A stretch of DNA of 64,000 nt from Candidatus Heimdallarchaeum aukensis (GCA_021513695.1 CP084166.1:1440001-1504000), one strand, 5' to 3'; positions 46,359-55,156 are shown, counted from the stretch's first letter. Program-made: numbers and translations. Notes: generated by a model from the sequence alone, not told the origin.

Positions 46359-48347
46359 ATGAAGTCAATAATTAAAAAAACCAGTATATATATTAAAAAA
46401 TTGTTTCAAACAATTGATGTCCCTCAAGGTAAAATAAGAGGTCTTAAGAAACCTATACTTAACAAATGGTACCATCACTTAATGAGAGTAATTATTATTT
46501 ATTTGATAGCAGCTATTGTGGTCTTTCCTGTTTACTATGGAATAAAAAATGTTGATAATTACCAATATGATAAAAATAGAACATCACCACCAAAATTGAT
46601 ATATTCTTTGGATTTAACAGATTATGCAAATGTACCAAAATATGAATGGTTTAGTGGGGATATTATTTTGCAATTTGACTGCGATAATGACTCTATTAAT
46701 GAGATTATAACTTCGATCATGGCAACTAGCAAAGATGGAAGAAAAAAAGAAACAATTGTGCTCGCATTAGATCCGCTAGAAGGTTCTATTCTTTGGACTT
46801 TCAAAACAAAAACACAAGTGTATCCACCATCTATATTAGATAGTAATAGGGATGGTATTCCAGAACTCATAATTAACTATAGTGAAAATGGGCTAAACGA
46901 AGGATTATGTGCATTAAATGTAAATAATGGTTCAATTCTGTGGAAAAAATATTATGTATCACATTTCAGGTATTATTACATTCTGACAGATATAGAAGGA
47001 GATGGAAAGTATGAGATTGTTTTGACCAGTACAGATTATGGCCATATTAGAATTTATAACGCGTCTAATGGCGATTTTTTATGGTCTTCAAACGAGATTA
47101 TAGAAAATACAATTTATGGTCATATCTTTAGCAATCCTCCAGCTATAGCTGATGTGGATAACGATGGTATAAAGGAAATAATTGCCGTTTCAAATTTTAA
47201 TACCATTTACGCGTTGAATAGTCTTTCAAACTCGATTCTCTGGGAGTTTAATGCAACGTTTTGGACTGTTTATCCTCCAATTGTTGGTGATTTAAATAAT
47301 GACAACAAATCAGAAGTAATTTTTGGATCTTATGATGGATTTGTTTATGTTCTAGATGGAATAAGTGGGTCACTTATTTGGAAATATAATACAAAATCAC
47401 GATTTGGAATAGTGATGAGTCCTTCACTTGGAGACATTAACAGTGATGGAATAATTGATATTATAGTGAGCGACTCCGATAATGTTATTCATGCAATAGA
47501 TGGAAATTCAGGAAGCCGTTTATGGTGTTTTTATGTTGAAAATATATACTCCTCACCCACGATAGGAGACTTCGATGGGGATAAAAGATTAGATGTGGTG
47601 ATAAAAACAGAAGAAAAAATTCATGCAATAAAAGGAAATAATGGTAAATTATTATGGTCAATTCCACTAGATGCTTATTTAATCAGCGCATCAGTACCTA
47701 TTTTTATAGTAGACGTGGACGAGAAGAAAGACATGGAAATAGTCACTTTAGAAGATAAAAAATCGACAAATGATACTTTTCTTAACATTTATGACTTTGA
47801 ATCTGAAAAATACATTCATTCATATTGGAATCCTTTTGGAGGGAATACAGGAAGAACAAACAGCTTGGTGGAAGTAGATAGAGATAATGATGGTTTATCC
47901 AATAAATACGAAAAATATATTGGAACAAAGTATAATGAAAAAGATACAGACAAAGATAAACTACCAGACTGGTACGAGCACATATGGACAAAAACTGACC
48001 CAACAATAGAAGATACAGATAAAAATGGAATCACAGACAAAGAAGAAGACCTAGATGGAGACAAACTGACAAACTATGAAGAACTAAAAAAAGGAACAAA
48101 CCCACTAAAAAAAGATACAGACAAAGATCTAATAAAAGACAATAGAGACCCAAATCCACTATACCCAGAAGAATGGATATTTTATAGTGCCTCTCTTATA
48201 ATTTTCAGCTTCATTACAGTAAAGATTATTTTACGTAAAAAAAGAAAAAGAAAAGGAAATACTACTCCGTATTTTGTTTGCAAATATTGTGGTCATTCTT
48301 CAAAAGAGGAAGATATTAGATACTGCCCAGAATGTGGAAAAAAGTAA
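46359..48347 (+). CDS. FG-GAP/PQQ-like beta-propeller surface protein with TSP3-like Ca-binding repeats, two TM anchors and a cytoplasmic zinc ribbon
   Basis: N-terminal anchor VIIIYLIAAIVVFPVYY. The propeller shows repeated x-D-x-D/N-x-D-G-x-x-E/D-I/V motifs (DVDNDGIKEII, GDLNNDNKSEVI, GDINSDGIIDII, GDFDGDKRLDVV) alternating with GS.LW blades. It also carries DTDKD/DTDKNG/DLDGD repeats, a second TM helix, and CKYCG...CPECG. Confidence 0.75.
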   Translation: MKSIIKKTSIYIKKLFQTIDVPQGKIRGLKKPILNKWYHHLMRVIIIYLIAAIVVFPVYYGIKNVDNYQYDKNRTSPPKLIYSLDLTDYANVPKYEWFSGDIILQFDCDNDSINEIITSIMATSKDGRKKETIVLALDPLEGSILWTFKTKTQVYPPSILDSNRDGIPELIINYSENGLNEGLCALNVNNGSILWKKYYVSHFRYYYILTDIEGDGKYEIVLTSTDYGHIRIYNASNGDFLWSSNEIIENTIYGHIFSNPPAIADVDNDGIKEIIAVSNFNTIYALNSLSNSILWEFNATFWTVYPPIVGDLNNDNKSEVIFGSYDGFVYVLDGISGSLIWKYNTKSRFGIVMSPSLGDINSDGIIDIIVSDSDNVIHAIDGNSGSRLWCFYVENIYSSPTIGDFDGDKRLDVVIKTEEKIHAIKGNNGKLLWSIPLDAYLISASVPIFIVDVDEKKDMEIVTLEDKKSTNDTFLNIYDFESEKYIHSYWNPFGGNTGRTNSLVEVDRDNDGLSNKYEKYIGTKYNEKDTDKDKLPDWYEHIWTKTDPTIEDTDKNGITDKEEDLDGDKLTNYEELKKGTNPLKKDTDKDLIKDNRDPNPLYPEEWIFYSASLIIFSFITVKIILRKKRKRKGNTTPYFVCKYCGHSSKEEDIRYCPECGKK

Positions 48348-48404
48348 CTAACAGCTTCTTAAAAAAAAGCAAGCCTAAACGTTTTTTTCCTTGATTTTTT
48401 ATCC

Positions 48405-48435
48405 TTATAATACTTCCGAATTATCGTAAAATTTA
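48405..48435 (+). repeat. 31-nt motif, copy B (ttataatacttccgaattatcgtaaaattta)
   Basis: See copy A. It lies 58 nt downstream of the 46359..48347 stop and 314 nt upstream of the aor start. Confidence 0.7.
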
Positions 48436-48748
48436 TGTTTGTGGCAGATTTGATTTATTCGGTAATGAGAGTATTACTATTCTCTATCCTCCTCTTTTTA
48501 TTCTGAGCATTTATGTGGTCCAACTCTTTTCTTGGTTCTTTTTGCCTTCTCTTTTTTCTCCCTTCCTTCTTTTTTTGTTCTTGTTTATACTTTCGTTAGG
48601 ACTAAGAACCCGAAGCGTCCTTAATTTCTTTTCCTCTCTTCTTTTATTACTATTTTATTGGGAATACATTCTTTCTCAAGAAAAGAAAATAAAGACTTTG
48701 ACATCTTGAGATAAATTTATATCTCTAGTATGCTTCATTTTTTATACC

Positions 48749-50650
48749 TTGAACAAAAGTAAATTCCCCTACAAAGGATATTGTGGAAAAATAATAGAAG
48801 TGGATTTAACAGAAGAAAAAGTAGAAACAAAAGATCTTGAGGTAGAAGTAGCTGAACAGTACATAGGAGGAAGAGGGCTAGCTATCCGCTATCTAATTAA
48901 AAATCTCAAACCAAAAATTGACCCCCTGGGAGAAGAAAATATACTGGTAATAAGCACGGGGCCGCTAACAGGCACTCTAGCTCCTTCTTCAGCAAGATAT
49001 ACAATAGCAACAAAATCTCCACTCACGGGAGTAATAGGCTACGCTAACTCGGGAGGACATTTTGCCCCAGAGTTAAAATACGCAGGCTATGACGCCATAA
49101 TAATAAAAGGAAAAGCGAAAAGTCCAAAATATTTGCTTATTCAAGATGAGAAAGTAAGTATAGAAGATGCTTCCCACTTATGGGGAAAGGATACTTGGGA
49201 AACAGATAAAATACTGAAAAGTGAGTATGAATCTTCTAATTTACAGATTCTGTCTATTGGTCAAGCTGGAGAGAATAAGGTCTTATATGCTGCAATAATG
49301 AATAATTTGTCTAGAGCTGCAGCTAGGACTGGTGTTGGAGCTGTTATGGGGTCAAAAAATCTCAAGGCCATTGCTGTTTCTGGTTCAGGATTTGTCGAGG
49401 TACATAACCCTGAGGAATTTATTGAATTTACTAATAAAACATTAGAAAAGATATATGATGACCCTGCTTATCCAAGTTTATCGGATTATGGGACAAGTTT
49501 TTTAGTTGATTTAGCCTATTTAGGAGGAGGATTAGCTACAAACAACAACCAGTTTGGTGTATTTGATGGTTATGATGGTATTTCAGCAGAAACATTTTAT
49601 GAAAAATATAAGGTGAAATCAGATAGTTGTTTTGCATGCCCGATACATTGTGGGAAGTATTCAAAAGTGGAAGAAGGAAAATATGCAGGCATTGAAGGTG
49701 GAAGTCCAGAATATGAATCAATTGTTTGTTTAGGGTCAAAATGTGGCATAGGAGATTTAGCTACAATAATCTATGCTAATGATCTATGTAATAGATATGG
49801 GTTAGACACAATATCATTGGGTGACACAGTTGCTTTTGCTATGGAAGCGTATGAAAAAGGAGTTCTAAAAAAAGAAGATACAGATGGAATTGATTTAACA
49901 TGGGGAAACCAAGATGCACTAATTGAGCTAATCCATAAAATAGCTAGAAGAGAGGGATTTGGAGATCTATTAGCAGATGGAACAAAAATAGCTTCAGAAA
50001 AAATCAATAAGGGATCAGAAGAATATGCATTACATGTTAAAGGTATGGAACCACCAGCATATGATGTAAGAACAGCGAAAGCTTTTGGTTTAGGTTGGGC
50101 TACAGCTAACAGAGGAGCAGACCATTTATCTGCATTACCTAATTTCGAATTGTTAGGTTATCCAAAAGAGAAAGGTGTAGAGTGGTTTGGTTCAGAAAAA
50201 GCAGTAGACCCTTATGCTTGGGAAAGTAAAGCAAGAATGACAGTTTGGCATGAAAATTTTGGCGCTGTAGTAGATTCCGCAGAGATGTGTAAATATACTT
50301 GTTTTTCAGCTTATGCAGTAAAACCAGACGATATGACCAAGTTTTTGTCTTATGCAACAGGAATGGAACTTAGCGAAGAAAAAGTAATGGAGATTGGAGA
50401 GAGAATTTACAATCTAGAAAGATTGTTCAATGAAAGAGAAGGAAAAGCTAAAGATTCTGATTATTTACCTAAAAGATTTACAGAAGAACCTTTGCCCAGT
50501 GGCCCAGCTAAAGGACAAGTAGTAGAACTGGATAAAATGTTAAAAGAATACTATGAAATAAGAGGATGGGTTAACGGTGCTCCAAAAAAGGAAAAACTGA
50601 AAGAACTGGGAATAGAACAATTTGCAACAAAAAAGGAGGAGGAAAAATGA
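48749..50650 (+). CDS. aor: tungsten-type aldehyde:ferredoxin oxidoreductase
   Basis: 633 aa with a TTG start. It has GKIIEVDLTE, the N-terminal AOR domain, a CPIHC cluster ligand region and GLDTISLG. Confidence 0.95.
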   Translation: MNKSKFPYKGYCGKIIEVDLTEEKVETKDLEVEVAEQYIGGRGLAIRYLIKNLKPKIDPLGEENILVISTGPLTGTLAPSSARYTIATKSPLTGVIGYANSGGHFAPELKYAGYDAIIIKGKAKSPKYLLIQDEKVSIEDASHLWGKDTWETDKILKSEYESSNLQILSIGQAGENKVLYAAIMNNLSRAAARTGVGAVMGSKNLKAIAVSGSGFVEVHNPEEFIEFTNKTLEKIYDDPAYPSLSDYGTSFLVDLAYLGGGLATNNNQFGVFDGYDGISAETFYEKYKVKSDSCFACPIHCGKYSKVEEGKYAGIEGGSPEYESIVCLGSKCGIGDLATIIYANDLCNRYGLDTISLGDTVAFAMEAYEKGVLKKEDTDGIDLTWGNQDALIELIHKIARREGFGDLLADGTKIASEKINKGSEEYALHVKGMEPPAYDVRTAKAFGLGWATANRGADHLSALPNFELLGYPKEKGVEWFGSEKAVDPYAWESKARMTVWHENFGAVVDSAEMCKYTCFSAYAVKPDDMTKFLSYATGMELSEEKVMEIGERIYNLERLFNEREGKAKDSDYLPKRFTEEPLPSGPAKGQVVELDKMLKEYYEIRGWVNGAPKKEKLKELGIEQFATKKEEEK

Positions 50651-51075
50651 TAAAGAGGATCTTTGCGGATACAAAAAGATGCAATGGATGTAGAATATGT
50701 GAATTAAGATGTTCGTTTGAACATGATAGAGTCTTTGGTACAAAATTGGCAAGAATAAGAATAATAATGAACGAAGAACAAGGAGAATATAAACCTAATA
50801 CATGTAGGCTATGCTATAAATGTATTAAGGCATGCCCTGAAAATGCAATATCAAAAAACGAAAAAACGGGAGCAATAAAAATAGATCATGAACTTTGCAC
50901 AGGTTGTGGAAAATGTGTAGAAGCATGTCCATTTAATGTAATGTTCCTTCATCCAATAAAAGAAAAGGCAATAACATGTGACCTATGTGAAGGAGATCCT
51001 CAATGCGTGAAATACTGTCCAGAGAAGGTATTATTTTACACAACATCACAAGAGTTCAAAAAATTAACAAACTAA
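50647..51075 (+). CDS. 4x[4Fe-4S] ferredoxin-domain electron-transfer subunit
   Basis: There are four Cys clusters (CNGCRICELRC, CRLCYKCIKACP, CTGCGKCVEACP, CDLCEGDPQCVKYCP). The ATG overlaps the aor stop (ATGA). Confidence 0.85.
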   Translation: MIKRIFADTKRCNGCRICELRCSFEHDRVFGTKLARIRIIMNEEQGEYKPNTCRLCYKCIKACPENAISKNEKTGAIKIDHELCTGCGKCVEACPFNVMFLHPIKEKAITCDLCEGDPQCVKYCPEKVLFYTTSQEFKKLTN

Positions 51076-51111
51076 ACAAATGTAATTAATTCAGATAAAA
51101 AACTGAATTAA

Positions 51112-51402
51112 TCAACCTCCAGCAATAGCAGGAACAATAGCAACTAAATCTCCATCTTTTAATTTTGTAGAAAGACCATGTAATAAATTAATATTGCGAC
51201 CATTTACAACAATACGCCATTGAGGTTTTATAACACCTTCATCAAGCATTAACTCATCGAACAAACTTCTCCCAAAAAGAGAAAATAGTTTTTGTAGGAG
51301 ATCTTCTATGGAATCAGAATTAAGATCCATCTTTCTTTGACCAATAAGTTGTTTAATCTTAGAATAGAATAAAACGGTTATAGAAGGAAGAGAAGAACTC
51401 AT
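51112..51402 (-). CDS. MoaD/ThiS-family ubiquitin-like sulfur carrier
   Basis: 96 aa ending in a diglycine (...DGDLVAIVPAIAGG), with a beta-grasp-like pattern. Confidence 0.75.
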   Translation of the reverse strand: MSSSLPSITVLFYSKIKQLIGQRKMDLNSDSIEDLLQKLFSLFGRSLFDELMLDEGVIKPQWRIVVNGRNINLLHGLSTKLKDGDLVAIVPAIAGG

Positions 51403-51518
51403 TAAAGAAATATTAATCTAAGGAAATATTAATTTAACGAAGGGATTCAAAAAAAGCATTTTAGAACAGGAAAAATAAAAAATCAAGAATAAAAAGAAAA
51501 ATAAAAAAACTATTGCCA

Positions 51519-52094
51519 TTAAAAAAGGAAAGAATCAACCCAAGTAACAAAAGGTAAAAAGAAATTGGATAAAGCATTACGAATAATGAAGAAAAAACTA
51601 CCAATTAAGCCACCGATAACAGTTCCACCAATAATGTCAACGAAATAATGAACACCAGTAGCTATACGACCATAACCAACAAAAAACAACCAAATAAGAA
51701 AAATCCAACCTATAGCAGGAAAGAAAAGAACCATAATTACGGAAAGACAACCCATACGACCAGCATGACCGCTAGGAAAACTGAATAAATCACCCTTACC
51801 AACAAGGTCGGGAGGAATTTCGTCAACAGGACGCTTGCGACGAACAGTAAACTTGAGAAGCATAACAATAAGAAAAGTAGCACCCATAGCTAACCACTGA
51901 ATAAGAAGCTCAATTCTATTAATCGGCTTGTCAAAAATAAAACAAACAATACTAAAAAGAAACCAAGGTAAGGTATTGCCCGACTGAGCGGATAGTCGAG
52001 CAAAACGTTTTTTGTTTTCGGACGTTTTGGAGATATAGTAACTGATTGTTTTATCCCAATTACTTATTCGAGTTTTAATAGAACTAAATTTCAT
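51519..52094 (-). CDS. PAP2-family lipid phosphatase
   Basis: It has the three PAP2 motifs: KFTVRRKRP, PSGH and GRIATGVHYFVDIIGG. It is a polytopic membrane protein. Confidence 0.85.
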   Translation of the reverse strand: MKFSSIKTRISNWDKTISYYISKTSENKKRFARLSAQSGNTLPWFLFSIVCFIFDKPINRIELLIQWLAMGATFLIVMLLKFTVRRKRPVDEIPPDLVGKGDLFSFPSGHAGRMGCLSVIMVLFFPAIGWIFLIWLFFVGYGRIATGVHYFVDIIGGTVIGGLIGSFFFIIRNALSNFFLPFVTWVDSFLF

Positions 52095-52797
52095 CTTTAC
52101 GGTTCTAAAAAATTAAAAGATGTTTTTTAACTTTATGTCTGTACTAAAAGTTCGTTAAAAAAAAGTCGGAAAAAAGAAAAAAAGAAAAAAAAAGAAAAGT
52201 AAAGAGATAATAAAAAAACAAAAAATGAAGAAAAAATAATTCAAGTGGAACCATAAAAAGTCAGTAACTAGCGCACTTATTTTTTATAATCACTGAAGAA
52301 CGAAAATATTGACAACAGAAGAAGAAGTGTTTAGAATGTTATACGATGACGTAAGAACTCAAATAGAGATAGATAGGATAGTAGTAATGAGTGATGTAGA
52401 CATAGCTAAAAAAATGATGCACAATTATATGATAAAGCTTAGGAAGGTATACTAGAATTAGGAGGAAGTAGTTTCTATACAAAAGTGTTTAGTGTAAAAA
52501 ATAGCTCAAAGATTAAACAAGTTATCGCTAGGTTTCTCTTCGATAACGAAAATTACAGACTAACTGATTCTAAAGCGCAAGAGTGATAGCTAGCGTGATC
52601 AATCTTGAGGGAATTTTACAGCTCAACCCTCCTTATTCAAATGAAAATGAATAATAATTTCAAACCATATTTCTTTCATCCCATTTTTTTTGTTTTAGTT
52701 TAATTTTATTTAATTAATATTCTTTTAGTTTATTTCAAAAAACCAAATCTCAAGAATTCAGCACCTTCAAGGCTTGTAACTTCAATATTTGAAAAAG

Positions 52798-52918
52798 TGG
52801 TCGGGGCTTTGAGATTCGAACTCAAGACCTGATGGTTTCAACGCTGACGACTTGATCATTGTTCACAAGCGCGATTTCTCTACAGCCATCCGCTCTAGCC
52901 AAACTGAGCTAAGCCCCG
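52798..52918 (-). tRNA. tRNA-Tyr(GUA) with a 43-nt intron at the canonical 37/38 position
   Basis: On the reverse complement the acceptor stem is CGGGGCT/AGCCCCG (a C1:G72 pair) and the D arm is GCTC-AGTTTGGCTA-GAGC. The anticodon stem is GATGG/CCATC with CTGTAG, then the intron (about 52837..52879 on the + strand), then A. The T arm is TTGAG-TTCGAAT-CTCAA, the discriminator is A, and CCA is encoded. Confidence 0.9.
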
Positions 52919-53118
52919 TGTTATTTGAGTTTTACCTTCCACAGTAAATTTGTTTATTCTTACTATCAACTTGCTTTGGTTTTAGCTTTCTATTTTTTTT
53001 TCTTGTCTTTTCTTCTTAAATTTTTCTTTTAATGCCCACTTTTTTTTGGGTATATAAACAGATAAGATTTTTTATTCTCTTAAGGAGCAATTTTTTCCTT
53101 TTTGCTAGTAGATAGTAC

Positions 53119-53134
53119 AAAAACTAGATACTAC
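53119..53134 (+). repeat. possible solo IS terminal repeat (aaaaactagatactac)
   Basis: 15 of 16 positions match the right IR of the IS at 55073..55089 (aaaaactagacactacc). There is no adjacent IS-internal similarity. Confidence 0.35.
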
Positions 53135-53596
53135 TGCTCACAGTCATTGCGTCTTGTTCTCTCTTTGTAAAAACTGTTTTGACTGATGAATCCGACTTGT
53201 CTCCTCATCTTTTTTTTTCTTACAAGAAACAAATTTATCTTTAAATTTTTTCTATGACTTTTTCTGAAAAGGAGTATTGTTAACAATGATTAAAATAAAA
53301 GTCATTCTTTTTAACAATATAATAAAAAATGTACCTTGTTCCAAAGAATCATTTCGGAGGAAGTAAGGGTGAATAGTGCTACTTTTCAGTTTAGATGTAT
53401 TTCTTAAGAACCTTTTAAGAACCCCTCCTAATTTATAATTTTACACCGTGAAAAGATAAGCAGAGACATTAAATTATGAGTTTACGTAGACAAAAAAGTG
53501 AAAACGATTAACACAAAGGGTCTTAAAAGTGATAAAAAATATTTTTTCAACAAGAAAGGAAAAAAAAAATTTATTGAAGTGCCAAAAAAGCAAATC

Positions 53597-54220
53597 ATGA
53601 GTAGTTTAAAACTTGAAAACGTAGAAAAACTAAAAATAAATTACTTCAATTGGAAAAATGAAACCACTTTTATCAATAAGATATTACTCAGTATAATAAT
53701 GGCTTGTTTAACGGGATTGTGTGCTCAAATAAAATTCTACCTTCCTTTTACTCCTGTTCCTATCACAATGCAAATCTACGCTGTTTTTCTTTCAGTTTTT
53801 TTGTTAGGTAAATATTGGTCTGGAATAAGTCAACTACTTTATGTTAGCTTGGGTATTATTGGCATACCTTGGTTTGCTAACGGTAAAGGTGGCTTAGAAA
53901 TCATTTATGGTCCTACAATTGGTTACTTGATGGGTTTCATTTTTTCTTCTTTTATACTAGGAATACAAATTGACAATCAAATACGAAAAAAAAGAAAGTT
54001 ATACCTTGTATTAAGCCTTCTCTTTTCCAATCTGTTTTTTATATACGGATTAGGTTTATTCTGGCTAAAAATCTGGTTTGAAATTTTTCAACAACAAAAC
54101 GTTTCAATTATCGAGTTGCTTAAGATGGGTTTATTGCCTTTTATTCTCGGAGATTTACTAAAAGTAATTTGCTCAGTTTTTACTGGAGGACTTATCTTAC
54201 CCAAAGAATTGAATGAATAG
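53597..54220 (+). CDS. bioY: BioY-family biotin transporter S component
   Basis: ORF 53498..54220, trimmed to the Met at 53597. It has PFTPVPITMQIYAVFLSVFLLG, GIPWFANGKGG and GPTIGYLMGF motifs of BioY. Confidence 0.8.
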   Translation: MSSLKLENVEKLKINYFNWKNETTFINKILLSIIMACLTGLCAQIKFYLPFTPVPITMQIYAVFLSVFLLGKYWSGISQLLYVSLGIIGIPWFANGKGGLEIIYGPTIGYLMGFIFSSFILGIQIDNQIRKKRKLYLVLSLLFSNLFFIYGLGLFWLKIWFEIFQQQNVSIIELLKMGLLPFILGDLLKVICSVFTGGLILPKELNE

Positions 54221-54323
54221 AAATAATACTAAATACCATTTGTATTTTTTCTTGATTCATTTTCATTTAAGCTGATTTTTATCACATTTTCTTTTTCCTT
54301 TAAAATTACCTTTTTAAACCCCT

Positions 54324-55089
54324 GGTAGTGTCTAGTTTTTATACCACCTCCTAGGTAAAAAGGAACTAAGGGGAGGATGTCCCAAGCTCTGATGAGGACG
54401 AACGAAATTATAATGGAGCATAAAGAGAGTAAGAAAACCAGAAAGATGAGTAGAGCCATAGACGGCACGGATAGGACAAGTGCAGTGGAGAATAGAATGA
54501 AACCAACGATAACTCTTAAGAGTAGCATTAAAACGTTCAATATAGGAGCGTAAACCACCTTTGATAACGGAGATTTTGATACCTAGACGAAGTAAGACAG
54601 GATACCATACTCCTGCATCTGTAACGACAATACGGGGCTTAAAACCCCAACATTTGAACCAATAACGGAAAGTTAGTAAACATTCAAGATTACTCCGTCC
54701 TTTAGTAATACTAAAACCCAGTAAAGTTTTATTGTAAGGAAGGATCTAATGCGAACCACAGATATATTGAGCCTTGAGAGGTCTTAATCTCTGTTTCATC
54801 TACTACTATAATCTCTGGTATTCCCCCTCTCTCTGCTACAACTCTATGTAAACTTTCCCTAAAGAGCCTGAACTTCTTTACTAATACCATAATGTTTGGT
54901 GTGTTAAACCATTCTTCCATGCAACGGTCCTCAAACCATTCTTTGAACCAATATATTCATAAATAGCTTTTATTATTATCTTTTTGGGGACTCTGCATCT
55001 CTTAAAAAGAGTAGATAGTTTTTGAATGTTCATATCTTACTATTAGAGTCCCCACAAATATTTTTGTCGGAAAAAAACTAGACACTACC
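54324..55089 (-). mobile_element. IS6-family-like insertion sequence, 766 bp, with perfect 17-bp IRs, a target-site duplication and an inactivated transposase
   Basis: The left IR ggtagtgtctagttttt (54324..54340) matches the reverse complement of 55073..55089. It is flanked by direct repeats taaacccct at 54315..54323 and 55090..55098. The minus strand encodes an HTH region (MNIQKLS...GLTHQTLWY), DDE blocks (VVDETEIK...YLWFALD, IVVTDAGVWY, IERFNATLK) and YNFVRPHQSLG. These are spread over three frames, so there are at least two frameshifts. Confidence 0.85.
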
Positions 55090-55156
55090 TAAACCCCTTA
55101 AAGAAAAAGTTTTAAATATCCTATATATTCAAGCTTGAAGGTGCAGTCGATTAAAG

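Noticed and set aside
48515-48709. 64-aa ORF in the aor upstream region
   Set aside because: It is a direct translation of a polypyrimidine tract (F/L/S-rich) with no plausible protein character.
52326-52445. 39-codon ATG ORF (MLYDDVRTQIEIDRIVVMSDVD...) in the tRNA-Tyr spacer
   Set aside because: It is too short and unsupported to call. I kept it only as part of the note on the gene-poor spacer.
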